The notes under the pieces: model-generated | Seen by the model: only the letters and a program-made list of their open reading frames with translations | Database searches by the model: none | Told to the model about the DNA's origin: nothing | Shown here: piece by piece, positions 24,200 through 31,495 of the stretch | How the letters are laid out: every line of letters starts with the position of its first letter | Position numbering within the stretch: position 1 is the stretch's first letter | Made by a program: the position numbers and the translations under genes | Source of the DNA: Candidatus Saccharimonadota bacterium | GTDB taxonomy: Bacteria; Patescibacteriota; Microgenomatia; UBA1406; GWC2-37-13 | Assembly (NCBI GenBank): GCA_001790095.1 | Contig: MGBH01000001.1 | Span: forward strand, 1,080,001 to 1,112,000 | Direction: 5' to 3' | DNA: 32,000 nt

Positions 24200-24239
24200 G
24201 CCCCTAACGTAGTTCCGTCTTGACGGAACGAAGTGGGGC
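24200..24239 (+). other. nested GC-rich stem-loop upstream of the GIY-YIG gene
   Basis: The outer pair GCCCC (24200-24204) / GGGGC (24235-24239) encloses GTTCCGTC-TT-GACGGAAC (24212-24229). The preceding GGAGTGTG (24193-24200) is the exact reverse complement of CACACTCC (24111-24118) at the tmRNA 3' end. Confidence 0.3.
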
Positions 24240-24306
24240 CTTAATTATTTCACTTTGTAGCATATAGTCCATTGACAAAATATTTCATTCACATTATTTT
24301 GATTCA

Positions 24307-24543
24307 ATGTATTATGTATATGTTTTACAGTTAAAAGACGGATCTTTTTATATTGGGTTTACTTCAAACCTTAAAAATAGAATTATTTATCATGATCAAG
24401 GATTGGTGCCTTCGACGAAGAACTATCGACCGGTTTCACTAGTTCATTATTCAGCTTTTTTAACCCAGAAAAAAGCAACTGATTTCGAAAAATATCTCAA
24501 AACCTCATCAGGTTTTGCCTTCAGAAATAAAAGACTTATTTAA
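24307..24543 (+). CDS. small stand-alone GIY-YIG nuclease-domain protein (UPF0213-like)
   Basis: MYYVYVLQLKDGSFYIGFTSNLKNRIIYHDQG...VHYSAF...KATDFEKYLKTSSG: GIY...YIG spacing, the conserved R and the E of the URI/GIY-YIG fold. Only 78 aa, with no DNA-binding extension. TTGACA (24272-24277)-17 nt-TATTTT (24295-24300) lies 6 nt upstream of the ATG. Confidence 0.8.
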   Translation: MYYVYVLQLKDGSFYIGFTSNLKNRIIYHDQGLVPSTKNYRPVSLVHYSAFLTQKKATDFEKYLKTSSGFAFRNKRLI

Positions 24544-24643
24544 ACAAACCCCGGGGTTATTTTAGTTTTTATACCATGTTGTTACCGGTTGTTTACCTCG
24601 CCTGTTTTATACTCCATTTATTACAAATTATCTTAACAACTTT

Positions 24644-26068
24644 ATGCAAAACAGAAAGAAAATGGCATTAATTTTAATAGTGCTTGGATTTTTTTTTATC
24701 TTTTCAAAGTTTAAGCCTTTTATATATCACATAAAAGTTCAACAGCTATCTCCTCCCGTTCATAAAACGATTAAGCAAGGGTTGTCTACATTGTTTACCG
24801 GAGCGTATGCGGGGCTGACTGTTGAGGCAAAGTTAGGAAATGACAAAATAAATTCCAACAAGGGGATAGACTATCTTCTTGTTTCTTTGAAAGGGGATGA
24901 CATGGGCGGAACGTCTCTTGGAACAAAACGGCTGCCGCTTAACCTATCAATCGTCATTGATCGAAGCGGTTCCATGAGTGGTGAAAAACTGGAGAATGTC
25001 AAAAAAGCAATTCTTCAAGCAGCAAAGCTTCTTGAGGAAGGAGATTTTGTGTCACTGGTGATTTATGATACTAATGTTCAAACACTCTATAGCGACCATT
25101 TTGATTACCGAAAATTTACCGGTATAGTTTCAGAAATCGAAAGCGGAGGATCAACTTATTTAGAGGGTGGGTTAAGGGAAGGCTTAAAAAATACTCAGAG
25201 AGTTCGATTTTTGAACTCTCCCAAATATCTTTCTCGCGTTATCCTTTTGTCTGATGGGCTGGCGAATGTAGGAGTTACTTCTCCTGACAAACTGGGGAGG
25301 ATAGTTGAAGACAGTGTGGGGACAGATATAGTCGTATCCACAATCGGAGTAGGTTCGGATTATGATGAGAATCTTATGACGAAAGTAGCCATTGCCGGAG
25401 GAGGCAACTATTATTTTATGAGGGATGCATATGAGGCCGATGAGATATTTGCCGAAGAATTTGAAGGATTGGTAAAGACGGTTGCCACAGATATCGATGT
25501 CGAACTCGATTTTAATTCAGGCCTTGAATTAAAAAGAGCCATAGGATATAAGATGAAAAGCTCGCGTACGTTTTTACCCCATGACATGTATGTTGGTAAA
25601 ACCTCAAATTATTTGTTTGAGATTGCCTCAGAAAACATAACGCCTCAAAAAAGTGAATTGGCAAAAATAAAGGTGAGCTTCAACAGCGTGAAAAGTGGAA
25701 AAAGAGAGATGATAGTGGTACCGGTGAATGTTGCCTATGTAGGTGAAGAGGTGAATCCGCTGCAGGATGATCGTGTGTATCAGGAATATATGGACATTTA
25801 TTTGGCACAAGGACTGTGGCAGGTTGATGAGAGATTAGATAAAGTGAAAAATTTCGAAGCCGTTTCAATCATAACCTCACTTCTTCGTGAAGCAGAACAA
25901 GCAAATACCCGACTTAACGGAGTATATGATGATGAAGTAAAAGATCTAAAAAATAAACAAGACTACGTACAGAATCTTGGAGACTCCTCAGTCAAAGACA
26001 GTGTAAGCGGGAGATTGTTTAAAAAAGAAAATCAAGCGGTACAATACGACAAATTGTATAATAAGTAA
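24644..26068 (+). CDS. membrane-anchored von Willebrand factor A (vWA) domain protein
   Basis: N-terminal TM. MIDAS motif LSIVIDRSGSMSG (DxSxS), GGSTYLEGGL and ILLSDGLANVG. A C-terminal extension of about 200 aa has unknown fold. Confidence 0.8.
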   Translation: MQNRKKMALILIVLGFFFIFSKFKPFIYHIKVQQLSPPVHKTIKQGLSTLFTGAYAGLTVEAKLGNDKINSNKGIDYLLVSLKGDDMGGTSLGTKRLPLNLSIVIDRSGSMSGEKLENVKKAILQAAKLLEEGDFVSLVIYDTNVQTLYSDHFDYRKFTGIVSEIESGGSTYLEGGLREGLKNTQRVRFLNSPKYLSRVILLSDGLANVGVTSPDKLGRIVEDSVGTDIVVSTIGVGSDYDENLMTKVAIAGGGNYYFMRDAYEADEIFAEEFEGLVKTVATDIDVELDFNSGLELKRAIGYKMKSSRTFLPHDMYVGKTSNYLFEIASENITPQKSELAKIKVSFNSVKSGKREMIVVPVNVAYVGEEVNPLQDDRVYQEYMDIYLAQGLWQVDERLDKVKNFEAVSIITSLLREAEQANTRLNGVYDDEVKDLKNKQDYVQNLGDSSVKDSVSGRLFKKENQAVQYDKLYNK

Positions 26069-26073
26069 AACCC

Positions 26074-26730
26074 ATGCGTATTCTTTTAGTTGAGGACAAC
26101 GTAAAGCTTGCTCGCAATATCGTCACAGTTTTGAAAAACAACGGCTATCTCATCGAATACGTAACTCAGGGAAAAGAGGCGCTTGAGAAATCGTATGATA
26201 CTACTTTTGATTTGATCATCCTGGATCTTGCCCTTCCTGATATCGAGGGGAAAGATGTGTGTCGGAAGTTGAGGGAGGAAGGGTTTGTATCTCCCATTCT
26301 TATGTTGACTGCCAAGATTAATCTTGAGTCAAAGGTTGAAGGGTTAGATTGCGGAGCCGATGACTATCTTACCAAACCGTTTCTTATGGAGGAGCTTCTG
26401 GCGCGGATTCGTGCTTTGTCTCGAAGGCTTTCTCATCAAAAAAGCAGTGTGGTTAATATACAAAATATAACATTTGACCTTTCGTCTAAGTTAATCCATA
26501 AAAACAGGAAATTAATTAATTTAACCCCGATTGAAAAACGGTTGCTTGAATACTTGGTTTTAAACCGGGGTGAGGTGAAAACTTCGGGGGAAATCTATGA
26601 AAGTGTTTGGGGAAACAGTCCAGACCTTGATTTTTCATCAACACTCAAAACCCATATTTTCAGATTGAGAAAAAAAGTAGGCGAGGATCTCATACAAACC
26701 GTTACAGGATTTGGTTATATCGTACAATAA
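26074..26730 (+). CDS. OmpR/PhoB-family response regulator
   Basis: Receiver domain MRILLVEDN...FDLIILDLALPD...MLTAK...DDYLTKPF. C-terminal winged-helix domain (LTPIEKRLLEYL...VKTHIFRLRKKV...GFGY). It starts 5 nt after the vWA stop. Confidence 0.9.
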   Translation: MRILLVEDNVKLARNIVTVLKNNGYLIEYVTQGKEALEKSYDTTFDLIILDLALPDIEGKDVCRKLREEGFVSPILMLTAKINLESKVEGLDCGADDYLTKPFLMEELLARIRALSRRLSHQKSSVVNIQNITFDLSSKLIHKNRKLINLTPIEKRLLEYLVLNRGEVKTSGEIYESVWGNSPDLDFSSTLKTHIFRLRKKVGEDLIQTVTGFGYIVQ

Positions 26731-26734
26731 GGGG

Positions 26735-28045
26735 ATGCATATCTTTACATCTGCCCGCCGAAAAATAGCTTTTTATATCTTATTCCTTGGTGGAACCCTT
26801 ATCGTCGTAATGACATTACTTACAATACTTCTTATAAACATTGAAGCAACCAATCAAGCCCGGCTCAAACTAGAAAAAGCAATACGTAATGTAATAAGCG
26901 ATTATCAAAGTGAGAATTTGAAGGAAGTGAACATGCAGTATCAAGGGAGAGCAAAAAGCATGACCAACATTTTTAAAGACAAGAAAGAATTCTTGAGCGA
27001 TAAAACCACCAAGGAGCAAGTGGTTAAGGAAAAAGAAGCGGATATGTCACCCGATAACGGGCTTATGGTACTTAAGGATAATAAGCAGGTATATTCACGC
27101 GTCATTTTAAAGAATGGCGACATCCTATACAGTTCTGATCTTTTTGAAGACTATAACTTGAGTCCCGAACAGAAAGGGTTTATGACGATTGATATCGGCT
27201 CTTTGTGCATCAACGCAATTAGCTCTTCCATAACAACAGGGGAACAGGCGGGAAGTATTGTACAGGTTGCTCAATACTGTTCTTTTTCGTCTTCTCAACA
27301 AAGGTCTCTTTTTAAGAAAATCATTCTTACGACATTAGTACTCCTTGTCTTTACCTATTTTTTGAGTTTGAAAGTAGCCGGAAAGCTGTTGAAACCTCTG
27401 GAAAAAGTCACCAGACAAACAAGGCAGTTTGCAGAAAACTGCTATCATGAATTGCTTACTCCCATAACGGTTGCGATGACGACGATTGAGGCAACAAAAA
27501 GTTCAAAAAAATATAAAAGCGGAATTGATTCGGTTGAGGAAGATCTGCGTGGTGTATATCATTCGCTTCAAACATTGAATCAACAGGCGACCCTTGAAAG
27601 CAACGCTTTGCAATCTCATCCAACCAATATGTCGCAAATGCTTAAAGAGTTGACAGAATCATTCAGACAAAGAGCCCAAGAAAAAAATATAAGTATTAAT
27701 ACTGATGGAATAAAAAGGGATATCTATAAAAACATAGAAAGAAACAGCGTCAAGATTATATTTCGTAATCTCATAGAAAACGCGATTAATTACTCGCCAT
27801 ATAATAGCCAGATTTTCCTCAAACTGGACGAAAAAAGCCTACTTATCCAAAATACTGTTGAGGATCCCTTATCAATCCGTACCACGTCATTTTTTCAAAG
27901 AGGATACCGGGGGGAGAATTGCGGTGAGGTAAAAGGGCATGGATTTGGACTAGCTATCGTAAAGGATCTTTGTGAGTCCTATCGTTGGCAACCTTCGGTT
28001 AATCTTGTAGGAAATATACTGCAGACAATCATACGTTTTAACTAG
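26735..28045 (+). CDS. sensor histidine kinase (two TM, about 170-aa extracytoplasmic loop)
   Basis: H-box FAENCYHELLTPITV, N-box FRNLIENAINYSP and G2-like GHGFGLAIVKDL. The G1 (DxGxG) box looks degenerate. I chose the start at ATG 26735; the ORF track uses an upstream non-ATG start. Confidence 0.75.
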   Translation: MHIFTSARRKIAFYILFLGGTLIVVMTLLTILLINIEATNQARLKLEKAIRNVISDYQSENLKEVNMQYQGRAKSMTNIFKDKKEFLSDKTTKEQVVKEKEADMSPDNGLMVLKDNKQVYSRVILKNGDILYSSDLFEDYNLSPEQKGFMTIDIGSLCINAISSSITTGEQAGSIVQVAQYCSFSSSQQRSLFKKIILTTLVLLVFTYFLSLKVAGKLLKPLEKVTRQTRQFAENCYHELLTPITVAMTTIEATKSSKKYKSGIDSVEEDLRGVYHSLQTLNQQATLESNALQSHPTNMSQMLKELTESFRQRAQEKNISINTDGIKRDIYKNIERNSVKIIFRNLIENAINYSPYNSQIFLKLDEKSLLIQNTVEDPLSIRTTSFFQRGYRGENCGEVKGHGFGLAIVKDLCESYRWQPSVNLVGNILQTIIRFN

Positions 28046-28095
28046 GAACTATCTAAGGAAGAAAAGAATTGTTTTATCCGAGAGAGTTGTTTATT

Positions 28096-29670
28096 TTATA
28101 TACCTCGATAGTAGATAAAAAGAGAAATACCGATGAAGAATAAGCCTTTGAGGATAGACCAAAGTATGGGGTGGCTTACGATTGTTTCTGAGGTTGTCTT
28201 CATTTTTTTCATGACAGCATAAGGGCCCATCCCGCGGAAAAACCATGCATCCACGGTTGAAGGAGTCCCAATGATCTTCTTTACTTGATTGATGGCAAAA
28301 AATAAGTTGCCTATAAATCCAAAAAGAGAGCTATAGTCAAGAAAGATAAGTCCGGTACTGTCTTGATACATCACATCCTCTGAGAAGATATAACCCGGCA
28401 TTCCACGACCAATCGCATTACCCGTTAAGCGGATACTTGTTCCGCGAATTGGTGAAGCGTAGGGGTTACGCATTTGATCCAATATGGTTGTTTGTTTTTC
28501 AGGTTCTTGGGGGAATCGGTACATGGTTTGTATAAGTATGCCGATACCGATACCAGCGGGTATCCAGACAAAACCAAACAGAACCATTAAGAGAATGCTT
28601 AATAATAGGGGCGCATAATAGATGACGACCCCTTGCATAAAGTCCATATACATAACAGATTTATTGATTTTCATCTTTGAAGTTGCGGCGTCTACATCAT
28701 AGCTGAAAGGTTTCCCCTGTTTTTTTGAGATAGTTGAGAGGTTATCGATGCGTTTGCCTGTTAGGGGGTGAGTCGAATTAAGCTCAATTATTTTAGCCCA
28801 AGGGTTCACTCGATCAAAGACCATAACTTCAGCGATCCTTTCAGGATTCTGGTGGGTTATATAGGCGGTTACTCCAAGATGTTTTGCATTATTTACATCT
28901 ATGATACCCAAATGTCTGGTGCTATGAAGAAGTCTTTTGGATGCGTCCGTATCAGGGGCAGCCACTATGCCATATGCGATTTTTATGAGTGCATTGGATA
29001 GATCTTGTGCAGATGCGGTTTGTGCAGCAAATGTATCTGCCATATACTCTCTTGTTCGGCTCAAAAAAAGAATAAGATAAATGCCAATGGTATAGAAAGC
29101 ATATGCAAGAAGCGCGACTAATTTGATATTGCCTGATTTTTTACCCTTTACTCTTATGAGATGAGCGTATATTTCGTACAAAATCTGTACGATAGTACTT
29201 GCGATCATCATGACCACAAAATCACGATTTACTATGTGTCCCAGTTCGTGGGCGACTACTGCTTTTGTTTCTTGGGGTGATAGATAAGTGAAAAGTCCCT
29301 CAGTGAGAACGATACGGGCATTGTAACGCCCGGAGCCATAGGTAAAAGCTGTCGGGTTTTGATCATCGATAATGCCTATCTTAGGGTAAGGAAAACGATG
29401 TTTTGCACTTATAGATTGGATAAACTGTGACAGTTCTGGATATAGCTCATCCATCTCCTCCTTTTTTAGAAAGCGGACTTTATAAAAAAATCTATTCATG
29501 AGATCGGTAAGCCACGGGCTTATCAACCACAAGATGACATTGACAACGACAGTAAGTCCGATGGCAAGAAAGATGTTGAGATTTTGAGTGACTTGAAGAA
29601 CAAGTATAATAATACTAAATAAAAAAGAGAAAAGGACTCCAAAAGTCAGTAGGGAGGCTGCTGCGAACAT
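28096..29670 (-). CDS. M48-family zinc metalloprotease (HtpX-like) with long C-terminal extension
   Basis: HELGHIVNRD (HExxH) with downstream REYMADTFAA (third-ligand Glu region). Multiple TM segments. At 524 aa it is much longer than typical HtpX. Confidence 0.75.
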   Translation of the reverse strand: MFAAASLLTFGVLFSFLFSIIILVLQVTQNLNIFLAIGLTVVVNVILWLISPWLTDLMNRFFYKVRFLKKEEMDELYPELSQFIQSISAKHRFPYPKIGIIDDQNPTAFTYGSGRYNARIVLTEGLFTYLSPQETKAVVAHELGHIVNRDFVVMMIASTIVQILYEIYAHLIRVKGKKSGNIKLVALLAYAFYTIGIYLILFLSRTREYMADTFAAQTASAQDLSNALIKIAYGIVAAPDTDASKRLLHSTRHLGIIDVNNAKHLGVTAYITHQNPERIAEVMVFDRVNPWAKIIELNSTHPLTGKRIDNLSTISKKQGKPFSYDVDAATSKMKINKSVMYMDFMQGVVIYYAPLLLSILLMVLFGFVWIPAGIGIGILIQTMYRFPQEPEKQTTILDQMRNPYASPIRGTSIRLTGNAIGRGMPGYIFSEDVMYQDSTGLIFLDYSSLFGFIGNLFFAINQVKKIIGTPSTVDAWFFRGMGPYAVMKKMKTTSETIVSHPILWSILKGLFFIGISLFIYYRGI

Positions 29671-29756
29671 ATAAACATATTATAACAGACCATTTTGCAA
29701 TAATCTTTCTTCAATCTTTAATGTTGAGATATATAACTGCATGTTATACTACTATT

Positions 29757-30512
29757 ATGAGATTGCTTAAAAATGTTTCACCAAACCTCCTATTTATCGG
29801 CATAGTTGTATTTATTAGCACAGCTCTTTGGTCCTATGCTTTTTTTACCAAGGAGATAAAAACATATAAAAATACGGTCTCAGTCATAGGTGTTGCGACA
29901 AAAGATGTTGTCTCAGATTATGCGGTATGGAGGATATCTGTTTCTCGAAAAAGCCTGGACCGGTCTGAAAATGTTAGAAAACTGACCGAAGATGAAAAAG
30001 TGATTCAAGCATTTCTCAAAGATAAAGGATTTACAAAAGATGAGATCTCATCATCAAAGATATCGGTGTCAACTATTTATAAACAGAATCCAAACGGTTA
30101 CGGAGTGACCGATGAGGTCTCTTCATATGAAACGAAATCAACAGTATACGTAAGAACAAATAAAGTATATAAGGTTGATGAAGGAACCAATCTTCTTCGG
30201 AGATTTTGTGAGGAAAATAATATCGAACTTGCTGATGCATCCCCGGATTACACTTATTTAAATTTTGAATCAGAGAAGATCCCCCTTTTACAAAAGGCGA
30301 TTGAGGATGCACAAAAAAGAGCACACGCTCTGGTCAATGCGACAAAAGGAGTATCGCGAACATCAATCGGGAAGATCTTAAGTGCAGAGCAAGGAGTATT
30401 TCAAGTCAATGGAGCAAATGACAACAGCGTATCAGACTACGGAAACTTTGATACCTATTCGATCCGCAAAACCATCCGTGCTACTGTCAGTGTAGAGTTT
30501 GCTGCAAATTAA
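29757..30512 (+). CDS. SIMPL-domain (DUF541-like) envelope protein
   Basis: From ATG 29757: N-terminal TM, then a two-lobed alpha/beta pattern (VSVIGVATKDVVSDYAVWRISVS ... AIEDAQKRAHALVNATKG ... IRATVSVEFA) resembling SIMPL/26-kDa periplasmic immunogenic proteins. TGtTATACT (29742-29750) lies 6 nt upstream of the ATG. Confidence 0.55.
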   Translation: MRLLKNVSPNLLFIGIVVFISTALWSYAFFTKEIKTYKNTVSVIGVATKDVVSDYAVWRISVSRKSLDRSENVRKLTEDEKVIQAFLKDKGFTKDEISSSKISVSTIYKQNPNGYGVTDEVSSYETKSTVYVRTNKVYKVDEGTNLLRRFCEENNIELADASPDYTYLNFESEKIPLLQKAIEDAQKRAHALVNATKGVSRTSIGKILSAEQGVFQVNGANDNSVSDYGNFDTYSIRKTIRATVSVEFAAN

Positions 30513-30737
30513 TTATCGGGGTTGTCCTAATTTCCCTTCATATATAATAGTTTCTTCATCTGTTCCATGAGGATAAACTGCAATTTTTTGTTGGGCATAG
30601 TTGAGCATAATCATGGCATAAGGAAAAAGAGCATCTAAATGAATACGATCTTCAGGAGTGAATGGTACGTAAATTTCATCGGTTATTCCATTTGCCCCTT
30701 GAATCTTCACACGTTGACGAGTATTTCTCTCAACCAT
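30513..30737 (-). CDS. small hypothetical protein (74 aa)
   Basis: Non-overlapping ORF filling the gap between the SIMPL gene and the NDT-RHH gene, on the same strand as the latter. I recognise no motif. Confidence 0.35.
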   Translation of the reverse strand: MVERNTRQRVKIQGANGITDEIYVPFTPEDRIHLDALFPYAMIMLNYAQQKIAVYPHGTDEETIIYEGKLGQPR

Positions 30738-30810
30738 TTTGTTGTTTAAGTAGTAAAGAAGTAATACAAATATTGTAGGGGAGTTTGATAGAAAGCGTTA
30801 TGCATCACCG

Positions 30811-31380
30811 TTATGCATGTTTTTCCATATCGCTCTGAATAAGATGTCTTAAATATACTGATTTAGGAAGCTTTTTTTTACGTGATACTTTTTCAAGATA
30901 AGATGCGATTTCTGAGGTGATATAAAAGGTGAACCTACTATCAGCTGACCCCTGTGCATAGTTTATAAAATCTTCAATAATATCTTGTAGCGTTGTCAAA
31001 GAATACTTCTCGCAGATAACTTTTTCACTTGAATGGTGTACTAATAATGATGGAGGATCTCCTTCAGAGTAAAGAATAAGCACCGTTTTATTAAACTGTA
31101 GCGCAAGAGAAATCTCATATCCTACACTGATGCTAGGAAATGAAGCCTCAACTACCATAAAATCACAGCCGCCTATCCATTTTTCTAGATTGTCATGAAA
31201 TTTCATCCTGTCCTCTCTTTTTTCAAGACGGATTTCTTCTTCTGTAGATTTGACGATGTGGTCTGATAAGACTTGATGATTCTTATCAAGAAGAATTTTA
31301 ATGATTTTTAAGTAATTATGAAGATACTGTTTTTTTCCAACAATTGATGCAGTGAAATATACCTTCATATATGCTGTCAT
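30811..31380 (-). CDS. nucleoside 2-deoxyribosyltransferase/DNPH1(Rcl)-like domain fused to a C-terminal ribbon-helix-helix (CopG-like) domain
   Basis: N-terminal 140 aa: VYFTASIVGK...DHIV...FHDNLEKWIGGCDFMVVEASFPSISVGYEISLALQFNKTVLILY. This is colinear with mammalian DNPH1 as I recall it (YFCGSIRGG...EHV...HEQDLEWLQQADVVVAEVTQPSLGVGYELGRAVAFNKRILCLF). C-terminal 40 aa: RFTFYITSEIASYLEKVSRKKKLPKSVYLRHLIQSDMEK has a beta-strand/helix/helix RHH pattern. Confidence 0.65.
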   Translation of the reverse strand: MTAYMKVYFTASIVGKKQYLHNYLKIIKILLDKNHQVLSDHIVKSTEEEIRLEKREDRMKFHDNLEKWIGGCDFMVVEASFPSISVGYEISLALQFNKTVLILYSEGDPPSLLVHHSSEKVICEKYSLTTLQDIIEDFINYAQGSADSRFTFYITSEIASYLEKVSRKKKLPKSVYLRHLIQSDMEKHA

Positions 31381-31431
31381 TATACTCTTTCTTAACTATA
31401 TGTAAAATTATGTTGATCTATTGATTTCACA

Positions 31432-31458
31432 AATAATCGTATTTCAGAGACGATTATT
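31432..31458. promoter_or_regulatory. perfect 9-bp inverted repeat (candidate operator) in the divergent NDT-RHH / HAD intergenic region
   Basis: AATAATCGT (31432-31440), a 9-nt spacer, then ACGATTATT (31450-31458). It abuts TGcTATAAT (31458-31466) of the plus-strand HAD promoter. Confidence 0.4.
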
Positions 31459-31495
31459 GCTATAATTATTTTTTGAATCCTTATTGAGCCAAATT

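Noticed and set aside
24546-24572. AACCCCGGGGTT palindrome followed by a T-rich stretch after the GIY-YIG gene, as an intrinsic terminator
   Set aside because: The palindrome has no loop, so at best it forms a 4-bp stem. The T-run is interrupted (ATTTTAGTTTTT). This is too weak to call as a feature.
28391-28404. CCCGGCATTCCAC resembling the tmRNA 3' end (CCCGGCATCTCCAC), as a possible island att repeat
   Set aside because: The match is short and imperfect, about what chance would give in 32 kb on two strands. It lies inside the intact M48 protease coding sequence, and no integrase is present between it and ssrA.
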